A DNA stretch of 64,000 bases from assembly GCA_004022145.1 (NCBI GenBank), contig RCNU01000001.1; one strand, written 5' to 3'. Of the stretch, positions 13,802 to 26,018 are shown piece by piece. A program made the position numbers and the translations under genes. How positions within the stretch are numbered: position 1 is the stretch's first letter; the number at the start of each line of letters is the position of its first letter. This stretch comes from Paecilomyces variotii (Eukaryota). A model generated the notes under the pieces. That model was not told the DNA's origin and did no database searches. It saw only the letters and a program-made list of their open reading frames with translations.

Positions 13802-16251
13802 TTTCGAAGACGTCAATGAGCGTACAGACTTTGAGAAACTTGATACTCGCATCATCTTGACGGTTGGAGTTGAGAGAAGATAAAGTAGCAGAAGGGTTAT
13901 GAGAGGAGGAAGTGATGCTGAATGTTGTTTCAGACTTAACAGCACACATAGACGACAACAGCACCAACAACAGACAGCGTCACTGCCCAGCTGTTTCTCA
14001 ACGCAGGGCGGGATGGATGTAGCCTTCGTGGATTGTGATTTTTGATTAGCAGCACTGAACAGAATTGGCACCTAGTTGGATGGTTTTATAAGGCTCTCTG
14101 ACTCCACATCCCGGCCTTGCTATCGCAACATACAGAGGAGGCGTCTCCGGACTAAGAGAATGGAGTGCCCTAAAACACACTGACACGCATGAATATTGTT
14201 GTTAGTATACATAAAAACTGTGAGATGGCAAAACACATCACCCATGCAGGAACACGTGGATAAGGATCACCGCCATCAAATAGCTTGAAACAACCTGCTG
14301 ATTGGCTGTCATAGCCAGCCTGGTCTTTTTTTTCTTGGGCACTAAATGCTCTAAACTGATATCATGCTGGCTATGGAGACTCTTGGAGGCGATAACAGTA
14401 GACGCTGATTTAGCATAGTAGCGCCCCATCACCCAGCCCCTCTGCTCATACAATGCGCGTCTCATCCCCCTCACTAAAAAGTGAGGGTATTACGCTGTTG
14501 CCTTATCTCTGTCTTGGTGACCTTTCCTCCCGCAGGATAAAGCATACTGCTAAGTATTTACCTAGCGCTGGCAGCTGCAATTTCCATGTTTAGCTTCAAC
14601 TTCCCTCGCACTATGTATGCCACTTGACTGACGGGGTTTGCCGATTCTGAAGCTGGTGCCATAGCGAAGGTCCACATCACTCGGACAAAAATGGGCCGCG
14701 CCTCGCAATATTCCAAACCATGAAGCAATTGATAGTGACAGTCGCGCAATGACGAACCGCAGAGAAGATCCTACTTGCGCCCGGCAGGATTAGTGGACTG
14801 ACGATGAAGAGCTACAGAGTACACTTATCAGGCGGGAATTCTAGTTCTTTCCTATCAGTTCTCCTAAAAGCACGGAGCACTGGCTTCATTTGGTAAAAGA
14901 GGCTTGTCGCGCTTATAAGAAAGTGTTTTGCTATACTCCGTAGTACTCCGTATGTATCTGAGAGGAGTGTATCCACAAACCGTCGGGGTTTAAGTGGCCG
15001 ATATGGGATCAAATAACAGTTAACGGGGAGGTTGGGAGGAGCGAGTTCTCTTGACCTGGAGGGGTAGTTAGCGGTCAAGGACGCGGATCACCGCAGCTAA
15101 CCGTTAGTCTGACCTGAGGCGCCAACCGCAGAGAGCTATCTAGACCACCAAGCTAAGCTAAACAAACGTCCAATGTTGCAAAATTTACAAGCCAGAAATC
15201 CATTGATTTTTATCTCGGCAAAAATTCTCAGCTCCTATATGTACCCCGAGCATCCCAAGGACCGTGTTTCATTTATATGAGGCTCGATCATAGCTCATCT
15301 TGCTTGATTGATGCCGTGTTAAGATTCTACAGACGACCTGTTAGCAGTCTATTCACAGCTAAGGTCCTCAAACGAAGAGGCTGCGGCGGAATTGCGCACA
15401 AGGTAGGTTTGGAGCTATTGTATGTATACGTTCAACACTTGCAGAACGGGAGTCATGGTTCTCAAGTCGGTCCCCGAGATCATATTTCGTGTTTGTTTGG
15501 GAAACACACTGTCCTCTTACACAAGCTTATTGGCCTCGTTGTTACGATTGGCGTTCTTAAACTCAATTGACCTCACCGCTTGATGGCGCACAGTCAACTG
15601 CGTGAACGACTGCCATCGCCACTAGGGACCGTTCACATCGAACGCGGAGAGATGGCCTGCAATGCAAGCCATTCATTTTGCAGGCAATAACTATTTTATT
15701 TCTCCGTTATATTATCAGAATGCGCTGTAGCCTCTCCCCGGTTCTACGAGGCCATCAAAGTCTCTCGTGAAAAGTTTTGAATTGCAAAATATATGATAGT
15801 AGCTGCGGAGGAGAACTATGCCATTTGTATTCCTAGATTTTCCTCTAGCGAAGAGGGAAGACGGCTCAGTTGAGTGACTATTATAAGACTAGGCCACTAG
15901 CTAAAGAGGATAGCTCTCCGAAAGAGCTTTAGCGGATATAGAGCTCATGCGAGGAAAAAAGTTAGCTGCCGTAGTTAATAGCTTTCTTTTTTGGCAAGTC
16001 TGCAGTAAACACGGAGAAGCCAATGCACTATTCTTGACGACCGCGACACTAGATAACTACAGCCGAATGTTAGGATAATCAGGTCTACGGAGTAGATTGA
16101 GAGATAGCAGGAGTGCTGATCTCTGTTTAAGTGGAACCTCTGGAATCAGTCACATTTCCTTAGTCGGGTCTATTGTCGTCCTTGTGACCCCCCAATGTGC
16201 GGCATCGAGCTCCTTCGACTCCTAAGCGCACTTATGGGACCGCAACGATAT

Positions 16252-18590
16252 TTATAGTATTCCGTTTGTCACAAATATAGGAAGTACCTCGTAAACTTCG
16301 GGACTAGTTCTCTCAAGTTGGACGAGCCGATAAGAAAATGCATTTATCAGCTCGCTCTTTTTGAACGTGCAGTAGTTTCCAGGAACAAACTCCATCATAC
16401 TAACAAGGCCATTCTTAACCATCTGCTCAATCCAGGTATGTGATAACTTGCTAACATATGATTCTGACTCGTCATGGGCGTAGTCTGCGAGGACGACGTG
16501 GTTATCTGAGACCATAGAACCCTTCTCATCCACGTAGGAAAATCTTCGTAGCATTGGTGATTTTGCCGGCGGCAACCCTCATATAAACGGTTGTACTCCC
16601 GTCGACTAACGGTGCATACCTTGGCAGGTTCGTGTGGACGATCTTCCAGGATCTCCACAAGTACAGTACATACTACATGGAGGGGAAGCCTGGGGTCTTC
16701 CAGTGTAGACCTCTTTCCTCGAGATGCGAACAACGGCTTCCATGAATTCTGCCATATTCTGTCGATTAGCTTCCTAATTCCTTATAACAGACAGAACCTG
16801 TCTGCCAGGGGCACCACGACGTCTTCTTGGCGGTCAAGCCAGTGCTTGATCGGCCATTTCCACATTGACCACATCTGTGATCAGACCCTGCTTGGCCAGA
16901 TGTTCTAGCAATCGAGCAACCCGTTGTATCTGGGCTGCCTACCAGGTTTCACGAGGTCGTAGATTCCGATCTACCAGTTCGGAACCTTGTAACGAATACG
17001 GTTTATCTGCAGTTGGTGGTACCTGGTATTCCCAACTCCTTCACCTCTGGGTGCATTACCCAGTAGTGGATCTCCTAAGGCTAGCTTCGTATAAGTATAA
17101 TCTGGAGTTAATGCACATATTATCTGTAAGTCTTATCGACAAAATCCCTAGTGCGTCTGGTAGACCCAAGGAGTATACACGCCATGCCCCTGATCACAGA
17201 CACACCTAGCTCATAGTTATCGTACAAACAGGAAGCCGACTGGCTACGATGTCTTTGCATTCTAGGTCTTTAGAGTGCTTCTCAAGGTCGTCAATGATCA
17301 ATTTCATCAACCTATACGCACAGGGATACGGCGAAGTATCGAAGTGTTCTTTGCTGGAACTCTGTACCGCTCGACCAAAAAAGAAATCGTCACTCAGTCA
17401 CCCTGGATCTGACATTATACAAGAAATCAAGAAAGGTATATATGTACTCCGCGTACTGATGTAGAGATGACTCCACTTCGTCCCGTTGCTGCTGGATGGG
17501 GCATCAGTAGATAACGGGGATTCAAGGGGACAGGGGACAGAGCTCCGATACGTACATCGCTGAGGATGGAGTGATTGGCCCGGGGCGTGGTGGCGGCGAC
17601 TTTGACACGATTCTGGTCTTCAATCCAGAGACTCTTCAGATACCAGTACATGTACCACGTATTGAAGATTGCGCCTTAATGCGCGAGGAGCCTGCGTCAC
17701 TCACTTGTTCTCGCCTCAGGTGTGGTTCCTATCGATAAGGACGATGATTATGTAGGATAATCTTGATCGTGTCCGCGTCAAACTGGTCTAGAAACGCGGA
17801 CTTACTAGTCCGACACGCTGCGAGTTGGAACGCTAGCTCCGCAGTCTGCTGCTTGAGGGGAGGATTCTCAAGTTTAAATTGCGTTCCCCCCGACATAACC
17901 AGGAGAGGTCCCAAGCGTTGAAGCTCGGGGTTCTCCCGGACCATGGTCTGTTCCATGGCATTTCCCCATGCCATCCATGGCATCCTGATTTGCTCCTGTA
18001 TCCGGTTAGCGACTAATCTGAAAAGTCTCGTCCGATGCCGACTTACAATCACGGTCCGGTCCCTGAACTCTGCCAGAATGCTCGTCTGAAGCAACGATGG
18101 GGTGATCGGGCGGGCTGAGGAGCGGGATCGATGCACATTATCGGACCGTCCGAAGCAGTCAAACGAAGAGAGAAGTCGAGCAAGACGATCGAAGAGCGAG
18201 CTGAGGATGGGAGCAAGTTCATGCTGACCGAATCGGTTCCCATAGAAGTATAGTTGAAATATTAAACAGAGAGGCCGAGAAAGAACAAGGACAGGAATGC
18301 AATAGAGTCTTTTATATTTTCGGGCTTCTTTAAACGCTCTCCAGTGATTCCGGAGACTTTGGTTCAAAGTCTCGATCTGTTCGAGACCGCTTCATCTCTT
18401 AGTTCCAAGTTAGATACCATCATCACGAAACAGGCCCTCGTCGACATGTATTCTGAAAACTCATCAAAGAAAGTTTCTTACTCACTGACAGTCTTTTGAC
18501 TTAACTTCCTCTTCGTCCATCACATCTGCCCAACTAGATGGGACGAGCACCTTGGGTACCAGTGGTGTATCTTCAACTTGACAGCGGCTA
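16252..18590 (-). pseudogene. Decayed intron-containing gene(s) of unknown family
   Basis: Protein-like frames (VPSSWADVMDEEE...; ELVDRNLRPRETW*AAQIQRVARLLEHLAKQG...) are broken by TGA/TAG/TAA stops; canonical 51-nt intron GTAAGT..GCTAAC..CAG near 17997-18047; TATAAATA near 18740. Confidence 0.5.
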
Positions 18591-19112
18591 TAAATTTATT
18601 CTCCTTGAAGGAATACAAGATGATGTATATATGTCTTGAAGGTGTAGAGAGGGTTCAAAGTTATATAGGAGCTTCCTATGCAAGCGCTATATGTAATATG
18701 GAGACCGGATTGAAACCAAGAAAGAAAAGAAGCGGGTATTTATACCCCTCCCTGGAACCCCTCAGTTATTTCATAGCCATGAGGTAGCAATGAATTGATT
18801 TACTCAGATGGCAAGTTTCCTCTATCTGATGAATGAATGTCTTGAACAAGGGGTTGTGAATGTGGATAGTTCGTTACTCAAGATGAAGGGGGCCGGGAAT
18901 ATCTGCTACTATGGGAATACCTAATGCGTGGGGAATAGCGGCAGCTTACAGAGAGAGTTTGAGTAGGAGATAACATTTCTGTATTTTTGCTTCATGTTTT
19001 CTGCTTAGTGTATGCATCAGGATCCTGGAGTCTCTCAGCATATTTCACAGGGATCTGTTTCTTTATCCAAAAAGATCTAGGAGGACTTCATGCAGCAATC
19101 TGAAAGACCAAT

Positions 19113-22100
19113 TCAATGCGTTAGCCTAGCCGCCATGCTCGTGAATATATCTTCGTCTGAGAACCCCAGGCTAGCGTTTTCAAGTTGCTGTTCTTCGACC
19201 TGCGTACAGATTTGACTCTCTAATTGCGTGGATACTTCTTCATCTGGGGATCCTTTGGAGGTGGTGCTCTGTGAGGATTTCGCGGGGCTATTTCGATCGC
19301 ATTCTCCGAGAGGCTTTCTATGTCGTTCTTTTCGTGTGGTGCCTGAATGAGAGCCAGAGGAATGGAACTTTCGGCTTTGTCTGTCATCGTAGCCATCATC
19401 AAAGGACGCATGAGACAAAGCCCGTGACCCGCGGGAGCCTTTTGATCGTTTGGGGGTTGGTGCATAGTTGCTAGAAGCTGTGGACTCAAAGGAGGCCCCC
19501 AGCTGAGTATTTTCCTGGAACGATGTATCGTTTACGCTGTCTTGAGCTAGGTTCAGCGATTCTCGGAAATTGGATGCCTTCAAAGCAGGCTTTGACCGTT
19601 CCTCTCTACTAGTTGGCTTTGTTGTGTCTTTTCGGTCATTCTTGAAGCCCATCACACCCATAAGGCGACTGATATGTTCCTGGGCTTCGGAGAATTCGCG
19701 GGCTTTTGCAGCACGCTCATTTCGGAGGGCCTCAATCTATGACTGAGTCAGTATACATACATAAGGTTTCAAGGCTCAGTCGGGAAACCTACTTTTTGTT
19801 GTAGTTTATTGATCTTTCTGCTGCTTTCTTTGCGCTCAGAAGATACTTTGGTCTCAGCCGCTTGCAAGGCTATTCGAAGGAGATTAATTTCTTCCGTAAG
19901 CCGGGATGTTTCCTGTAGTGCCTGGTTGAGTAGTCAGTATAGGACAATGAGTAAATAAATGACAGGACTTACCTGTGCAGTTACTCTAGATAGTTCTGAC
20001 TGGTATTGCTGTTCGAGCATTGCGACCTTAGACTCGTGGGATTCCTCTTCTTCCCGCATAGCGATGCGCAATCTATTAGATTCGGAAACCTCGATTTCCA
20101 GCTGTAGTATCATATACGTTAGAATAATGTAGTAGACAGCATATGACTTACTACTTACCTTATGCTGTAAGTCATCCCTCTCAGAACGTAGTCTGTCTCT
20201 GTCAGATACCAGTGCCTTAATCTCAGAATCCATTCGGTTGTTATCGCTTGTTTTATTCTCCACGGACTGTTGGAGCTCATCGACTTCCTGTCTAAGCGAT
20301 GCAATCATCTCAGAACCGGACGAGTTCTTTTCGGAAAGAGTTTCGATAGTCTCCCGGAGCCTTTCATTCTCCGCTGACCTATGGTTGAGCTCATTATGCA
20401 ACTCCTCGACTCTATCTTCCTTTTCAGTGAGGGTTGCTATGAGGTCTAGTTCTCTAGACCTAGCCTTTTCTCGCTCAGAGACAGCAGTTTCCTGCGAGTC
20501 TCGCTTTTCATCTTCGAGTTCTTTCTGCGCAGCAGCAAGCTGAGTTGCCAAATACTGTGAGCGAGCGGTTGCACTGTCGGCCTCTTCTTTCAGCCGTGTC
20601 ATTTCCTGCTGGAGCGCAAGAGCTGCATGAGATGATTGTTCAACGCGGATCCCTAATTCTCTGTTGTGCCTTTTCAGCGCTTCGACTTCCGACGTTAACT
20701 GGTCGCGCTGGTCTGTCACGTCTCTCAACGGAGCTTCAACATTATGGCAGCGATATTCTAAGTCGCGACATATCTCTCCAACTTTTTGTATAATGCTTTC
20801 ATGAGAGCTGTAAGCATTCTCCATGAGACTTTCTCCCATTTTAGCTCTCCAGTCCTTGCTTGCGCCGACTTCGAAACGGACTGCAGATGTTGTATTGGGA
20901 GGCATGCTGATCGGAATGGAGCGGTTGGAGCTCGAGAACGAACAATGGCACTTTTCGGATATGCTTTCCTTGACCATAGAGAAACAGGAAGCTAGCATTG
21001 GAAAAGTGGAGGGCGATGTAGAGCTAGAGTTGTCTGAGAGAGTTGACGTGCAGGAGAGAAACACGAGGTCAACGAAAAGTGAGTTCTGTATAGAAACAAA
21101 CGCAGGCCGGCATATATCGACTCCTTCGCAGCATGCTTGGCATGACATGGGGAAGCTTTTCATGCGACTGCTCAGTAGTTCAGTTCCAATATCAGAAGAT
21201 ATAAACCGGGATGTTGAATGGGCAAGAAGGCCCAGGTTCGATTGTCGCATGGCGGACAATATGCGTAACATGATCTGTATTGAGAGAAGAGCATCACTGC
21301 TCATAAATTCGTCCTCTTTGATAAGAGAAAAAGCGTATTGGAGTATATCAGATACAGCAGCATCATCCAGATAAGTCTAGCGGTGTCAGTATCCCGTTTC
21401 CTATTGGGTGTGATGAAACTCACCATGGCTTGTGAAACGAAAGTCCGGAAAGCGTTATCAGGTAGTTCCTGTAAGGCGCGTCTGCCCTCATGAGACAGTA
21501 GTATCTCTTTGCAGGCTGCCCGGTGATCTTCCGATAGCTGACCATTGGATAGCAATGACACGAGAAATGCAAGGCCCTAAACATGTCAGCGTGCTTCCAA
21601 CCAATGGTAATGTAGTGCGTTTACCATGACTTGCAGCTTCCTGTCAATGCCCTCTCTTCCAAGTTTCTCGCGCAGTTTAGTGATCCTAGCAGAGTTCTTC
21701 TCGATCCATGCTCGCCTCTGGTCTGAATCGACTGCGTCGCATATTTCCATTGCCAGGCGAACGCTTTGTATCGCCTCATTAGAAGACATGCTGAAATTGG
21801 CAGAGCATGCCAGAATAACCCTCAGAACAACGAGATCTAGGGTTTTGGAAGACCTTTTAGGTCCGAAGAACTGTCGGATATTCTGAAGCCAATTGGGAAA
21901 GCCGTCATTTCCTTGACTGGTATAGTTCTTCGAGATTCGGGCGGCAGCTATGCGAGCAAACGTTGCAAGGCATAGTAGATTTCCCATATGGTCGTCTAAG
22001 TTTCGCAAGATTTTCGTACACTCTGTCTGGAAGTTGACCATAGTCTCCTCAGAAAATGCCGCGAGTAGGCTTGAGCTTCCATGCATGCTACCGATAACCT

Positions 22101-22760
22101 GATACAAAGGGTAAATTGTCTCTGCGGATGGTCTATCCACCATTTTCTGAACCAGTCTCTCGACGAAAGTCGATACACGTGCAGGAAGCACAATCCCGCT
22201 TGGTAGCGGGTGGGACAGCATTGAAATGCATGTTTGGAAGGACTACCGTGGTCAGCAACTAGGTCGCTATCTCAACCACAACATGCGCCAAGGCTGTTGG
22301 CTATTAATTTTTGGGGAGCACCATTGCTAGACTCACTTGGGAATCTCTATCGTCGATTGCCTTTTGTAGGAACTGGTCCAATAAGGCCGGTTGTTTTTGT
22401 ACCAAGATCTCACAAAACTCTTGGACTTGTGCTAGTCATTGTCAGACGTCAGGCACAGGGCGTAAGCGTATCGCGGAATTGCTCACCAAACGCGCATATC
22501 AGCGGCAGTGATGCAGATGAACAAGGAATAGCTTCCAAGAGTTTCTGGGCCAGGAGAGCCACCTGGCAGGGTTTGCAACTCGCCCATACTTGCAACACAT
22601 TCAGCGGGCAATCTGACACGAGCTCTTGAAGGTCCTACTCATGGATCAGTAGTTGTCTTTTTCATGCATCGCGACACAAACAAACCTGCAGTACCGGGAT
22701 ATACGGCGCTGTGACAACATATTCAATTTCACGAATAAGATGGGGCAGTCTGTCCGCCAT
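19113..22760 (-). CDS. Multi-exon fungal hypothetical protein: helical N-terminal region, long C-terminal coiled coil, S/T-rich tail
   Basis: Collinear minus-strand ORFs 21586-22221, 21301-21561, 19934-21304 and 19113-19661 separated by GT-AG introns; first exon MADRLPHLIREIEYVVTAPYIPVLQ starts at 22760. Confidence 0.8.
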
Positions 22761-23458
22761 AATTTCACTACCTCGATATATTTTGATCCCCAGCAGCACG
22801 CGTTTCGAGATCTATTATCTCGATGAAGTCGTAAATGCGGGATCCTGAAGTCTTCAGGCTGGACCCTCCGCCGGTTGCCCCATCAACGGAACCGATACGG
22901 AAAGCGATCAAGCTACCACTCTACATTGTACACTATACAACTAGATATGGGATTGTTTTGTCTGGGAACAGTATATGGCTAACCTACCCCATGTATAATT
23001 TAGCAATTATTGTCCACAGAGGCCCATGAGTGGGTATCAACAACCGGCTACACTATAAATACTCATTGCGGAGCTTCGGCGTTGCACCGAGGATTTGCCG
23101 GTCGGTTTAGTCTTTCCCCGCGTTCAACCCCCACGTCCGGGGAGATTCTGGAGCTGAGATCGAATCAAAATGGAAGACTCGCAGTTGTTGAGGCAGATGG
23201 AATTGATCTCTACCGGCTGTCTCGGCTCATCATGCGATCTTGGCTGAAATTCAGGCTGAAAACTGTCACGCAATGGCGGTCATTCAGGAACAAAAGGTCA
23301 GCGGACAGGCGCCTACCTGGGACGCACATAAGCTGCCTTGGTGTACATTTCATTTCTCTCCTCCTTTCTATTTTCTGTTCCAATGGCTTTGAAAAGCAAT
23401 TCTCCCTCTTCTGGAGTATTGTATGACTTTTCATGAGTCTCGAGTTTACTGTGCAGCA

Positions 23459-25414
23459 ATGCAGTCGTCTCTTTTCCGGGGCTGTCCCGCAAAGCTTCCC
23501 CGCAATCTTCGCCCTCTACTACGTCCCCAGACCGCTCATCGCTCTCCCCTAGGGCGCAGATGGAACAGTAGAAGCGCAGGCGTGAATGCTACACCGGAAT
23601 CAAGCTCTATTCGAGCTGCCTCGCAAGCTACGTTCTGGACAACAGGACGTGTCCTTCTGGTTTCTGCACTGGCCAGTGGTGCCGCTTACGCCTATGCGAG
23701 CTCCGGTGCTGGATCTGTAACTGCGGACAGTACTCGAGAACCTCAATATGGGTCATTACAGGACATGGAAAAGGTACGCGTTCTACACTATGATCTTCTC
23801 AGTACCCCTGGGTGCCCGTATTTTGCCAATGCTCATTTTTGCAGGCCATTGCGGAGCTGCGCACCAAGCTAGGTGACAACGCGGTCAGTACAGATGAGGA
23901 CGATTTGCAAGATCACGGATATTCAGAGTGGTCTACTGTCAACGCGGACCGATTACCGGTGGCCATTGCTTATCCCAAGTCGACGGAAGACGTATCAGAG
24001 ATTGCCGGAGTTTGTTCCAAGTACCGTATGCCCATGGTACCTTACTCTGGAGGCTCAAGTCTCGAAGCCAACTTTTCAGCTCCTTATGGAGGCATGACGA
24101 TCGACTTCGCTTTTATGGATCGGATCCTCGCGCTGCACGAAGAGGATATGGATGTAGTCGTCCAGCCTGCCATACAGTGGATGGAACTTAACGAACAACT
24201 CAAACACACCGGCCTCTTCTTCCCCGTTGACCCTGGCCCTTCGGCCAAGATAGGTGGCATGGTTGGGACAAATTGCAGCGGCACGAACGCGGTCCGATAT
24301 GGCACGATGAAAGACTGGGTTATTAATTTGACCGTCGTGCTCGCGGACGGTCGCGTGATCAAGACACGGAGACGTCCACGCAAAACATCTGCTGGCTACA
24401 ACCTGACGGGGTTGTTTGTCGGATCGGAGGGCACACTTGGGATCGTTACAGAGATCACCCTGAAGCTGGCTGCCACTCCAGAGAAAACGCGAGTCGGTGT
24501 CGTCTCATTCCCATCCATACGAGATGCTGCATCCACTGCGATGCAAGTGATCCGGAAAGGGGTCATAGTACAGTCGATGGAGATACTCGACGACGTTCAA
24601 ATGGATGTCATCAATCGTGCAGGTGGAACGAGTCGAACGTGGAAGAAGTTACCAACGCTCTTCTTCAAATTCTCCGGAACTTCTGCAGGGGTAGATGACA
24701 GCATTAATCTAGTGAAGACGATAGCGAAGCAGAACAAGGCCCAGTCCTTCGACTTTGCCAAGGATGATCGAGAAGCTCATGACCTATGGTCAGCCCGTAA
24801 GCAGTCGCTGTGGAGTATGTTGGCTTTGCGAAAAGAAGGCTCCGAGGTCTGGTCCACAGATGTCGCAGTACCGATTTCTCGACTACCTGACATTATCGGT
24901 ATGTGTCTTTCCGCGTTCTGAGACCATCTTCTAATCCGTACGTGCAGAAGTATCGAAGAAGGAAATGGATGACCTGGGTATCTTCGCCAGCATTCTCGGT
25001 CACATCGGTGACGGTAACTTTCATGAGAGCATTATGTACAACCGACACGATCCTGTGGAGAAGGAACGCGTGGAAAAATGTGTACATGATATGGTCGACC
25101 GCGCTCTTGAAATGGAAGGTTCTTGCACGGTAAGTCCATGGCTGCATCAGGAACGCGTAACCGATAACTATGGATCATCCTAACTGTGATACCAGGGAGA
25201 GCACGGTATTGGTCTGGGAAAGAAAGAATCACTGCTCAAGGAACTCGGCGTGGATACGATCGATATAATGCGCAGCATTAAGCGGTCTCTGGATCCCCAG
25301 TGGATCATGAATCCTGGCAAGATCTTTGATTCAACACGCGAAGTGAAACCGTTAGACACTTCCGAAGTCGAGTCTGCCAGACTGACTGGAGCTAAGCGAG
25401 GCGATAAGTCATAA
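23459..25414 (+). CDS. DLD1: Mitochondrial D-lactate dehydrogenase (cytochrome), FAD-linked oxidase; 3 introns
   Basis: Arg-rich presequence; motifs PYSGGSSLE, FPVDPGPSAKIGGM, GSEGTLG, GHIGDGNFH, GEHGIGLGK, MNPGKIF; stop TAA ends at 25414. Confidence 0.93.
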
Positions 25415-25668
25415 GGTATCGACTAGGAATTACGGGTTTTGCATTTTCAATGATAGAATATATATATTTTGCATGAATATTCCATGTTACTGAGGATGTG
25501 TACGCTGTAAACTCCATCTCTGGTGGTTGAAATTGTTTTATTGATGACTAAGCACGGTCCCGCCGTCATTGGCTGCCCCTCTTCCCCGCCAAAAATGGAG
25601 GAGCGATATCGCAGTTACCATTGCCACAGCATCGCATTTTCACATATCAAGTTTGAGCAAGTGAAGAG

Positions 25669-26004
25669 GTAAGTGTATGCTTTCTCTGGTCTATTTCAGT
25701 GTTGAATCCTATATCTTTATTCGCATATTCTCATTTGCACCATTCGTATGAACATATTACATGCAATGGTTCTCCGTCGCGAGCTTGAAGTTTTTGAGTC
25801 ATTCAGACACCTGGCCGAGAAATCGCAAGCTCAATTCTCGGCCTGATACAAAGATTAAATGAGCTCTTGTTACGCCTGTCCTGTAAATGCATATGGCATG
25901 GCGTTGGTTTAATTGGGCTCATTATATGTTATGCAGTCATTCGGCAGTTTTTGCTTCATTCAAGGCATACTTACAAGCTGACGCTCAAAGTTCTTAACTC
26001 ACAG
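25669..26004 (+). other. Predicted structured 5'-UTR intron of HOM2 (336 nt)
   Basis: GAAGAG|GTAAGT donor, GCTGAC (25977) and CTTAAC branch candidates, CAG acceptor 14 nt before the ATG; several internal inverted repeats. Confidence 0.65.
25795..25801. promoter_or_regulatory. CpcA/Gcn4 cross-pathway control element TGAGTCA
   Basis: Exact consensus about 220 nt upstream of the ATG of an amino-acid biosynthesis gene; a variant TGACTAA lies at 25545-25551. Confidence 0.55.
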
Positions 26005-26018
26005 GCCATATTGGAATA

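Noticed and set aside
13802-13970. ORF-track N-terminal extension of the ankyrin gene
   Set aside because: It starts at a non-ATG codon and reads through an evident intron; the spliced MGNILT start is better supported.
15058-18751. 9-bp inverted repeat GGAGGGGTA/TACCCCTCC bracketing the pseudogene
   Set aside because: Too short, no transposase, and only a 2-bp CT flank match; expected by chance over this distance.
10800-19050. Starship-like element or endogenous virus
   Set aside because: No tyrosine-recombinase captain gene, no viral polymerase or capsid motifs, and the relic carries a spliceosomal intron.
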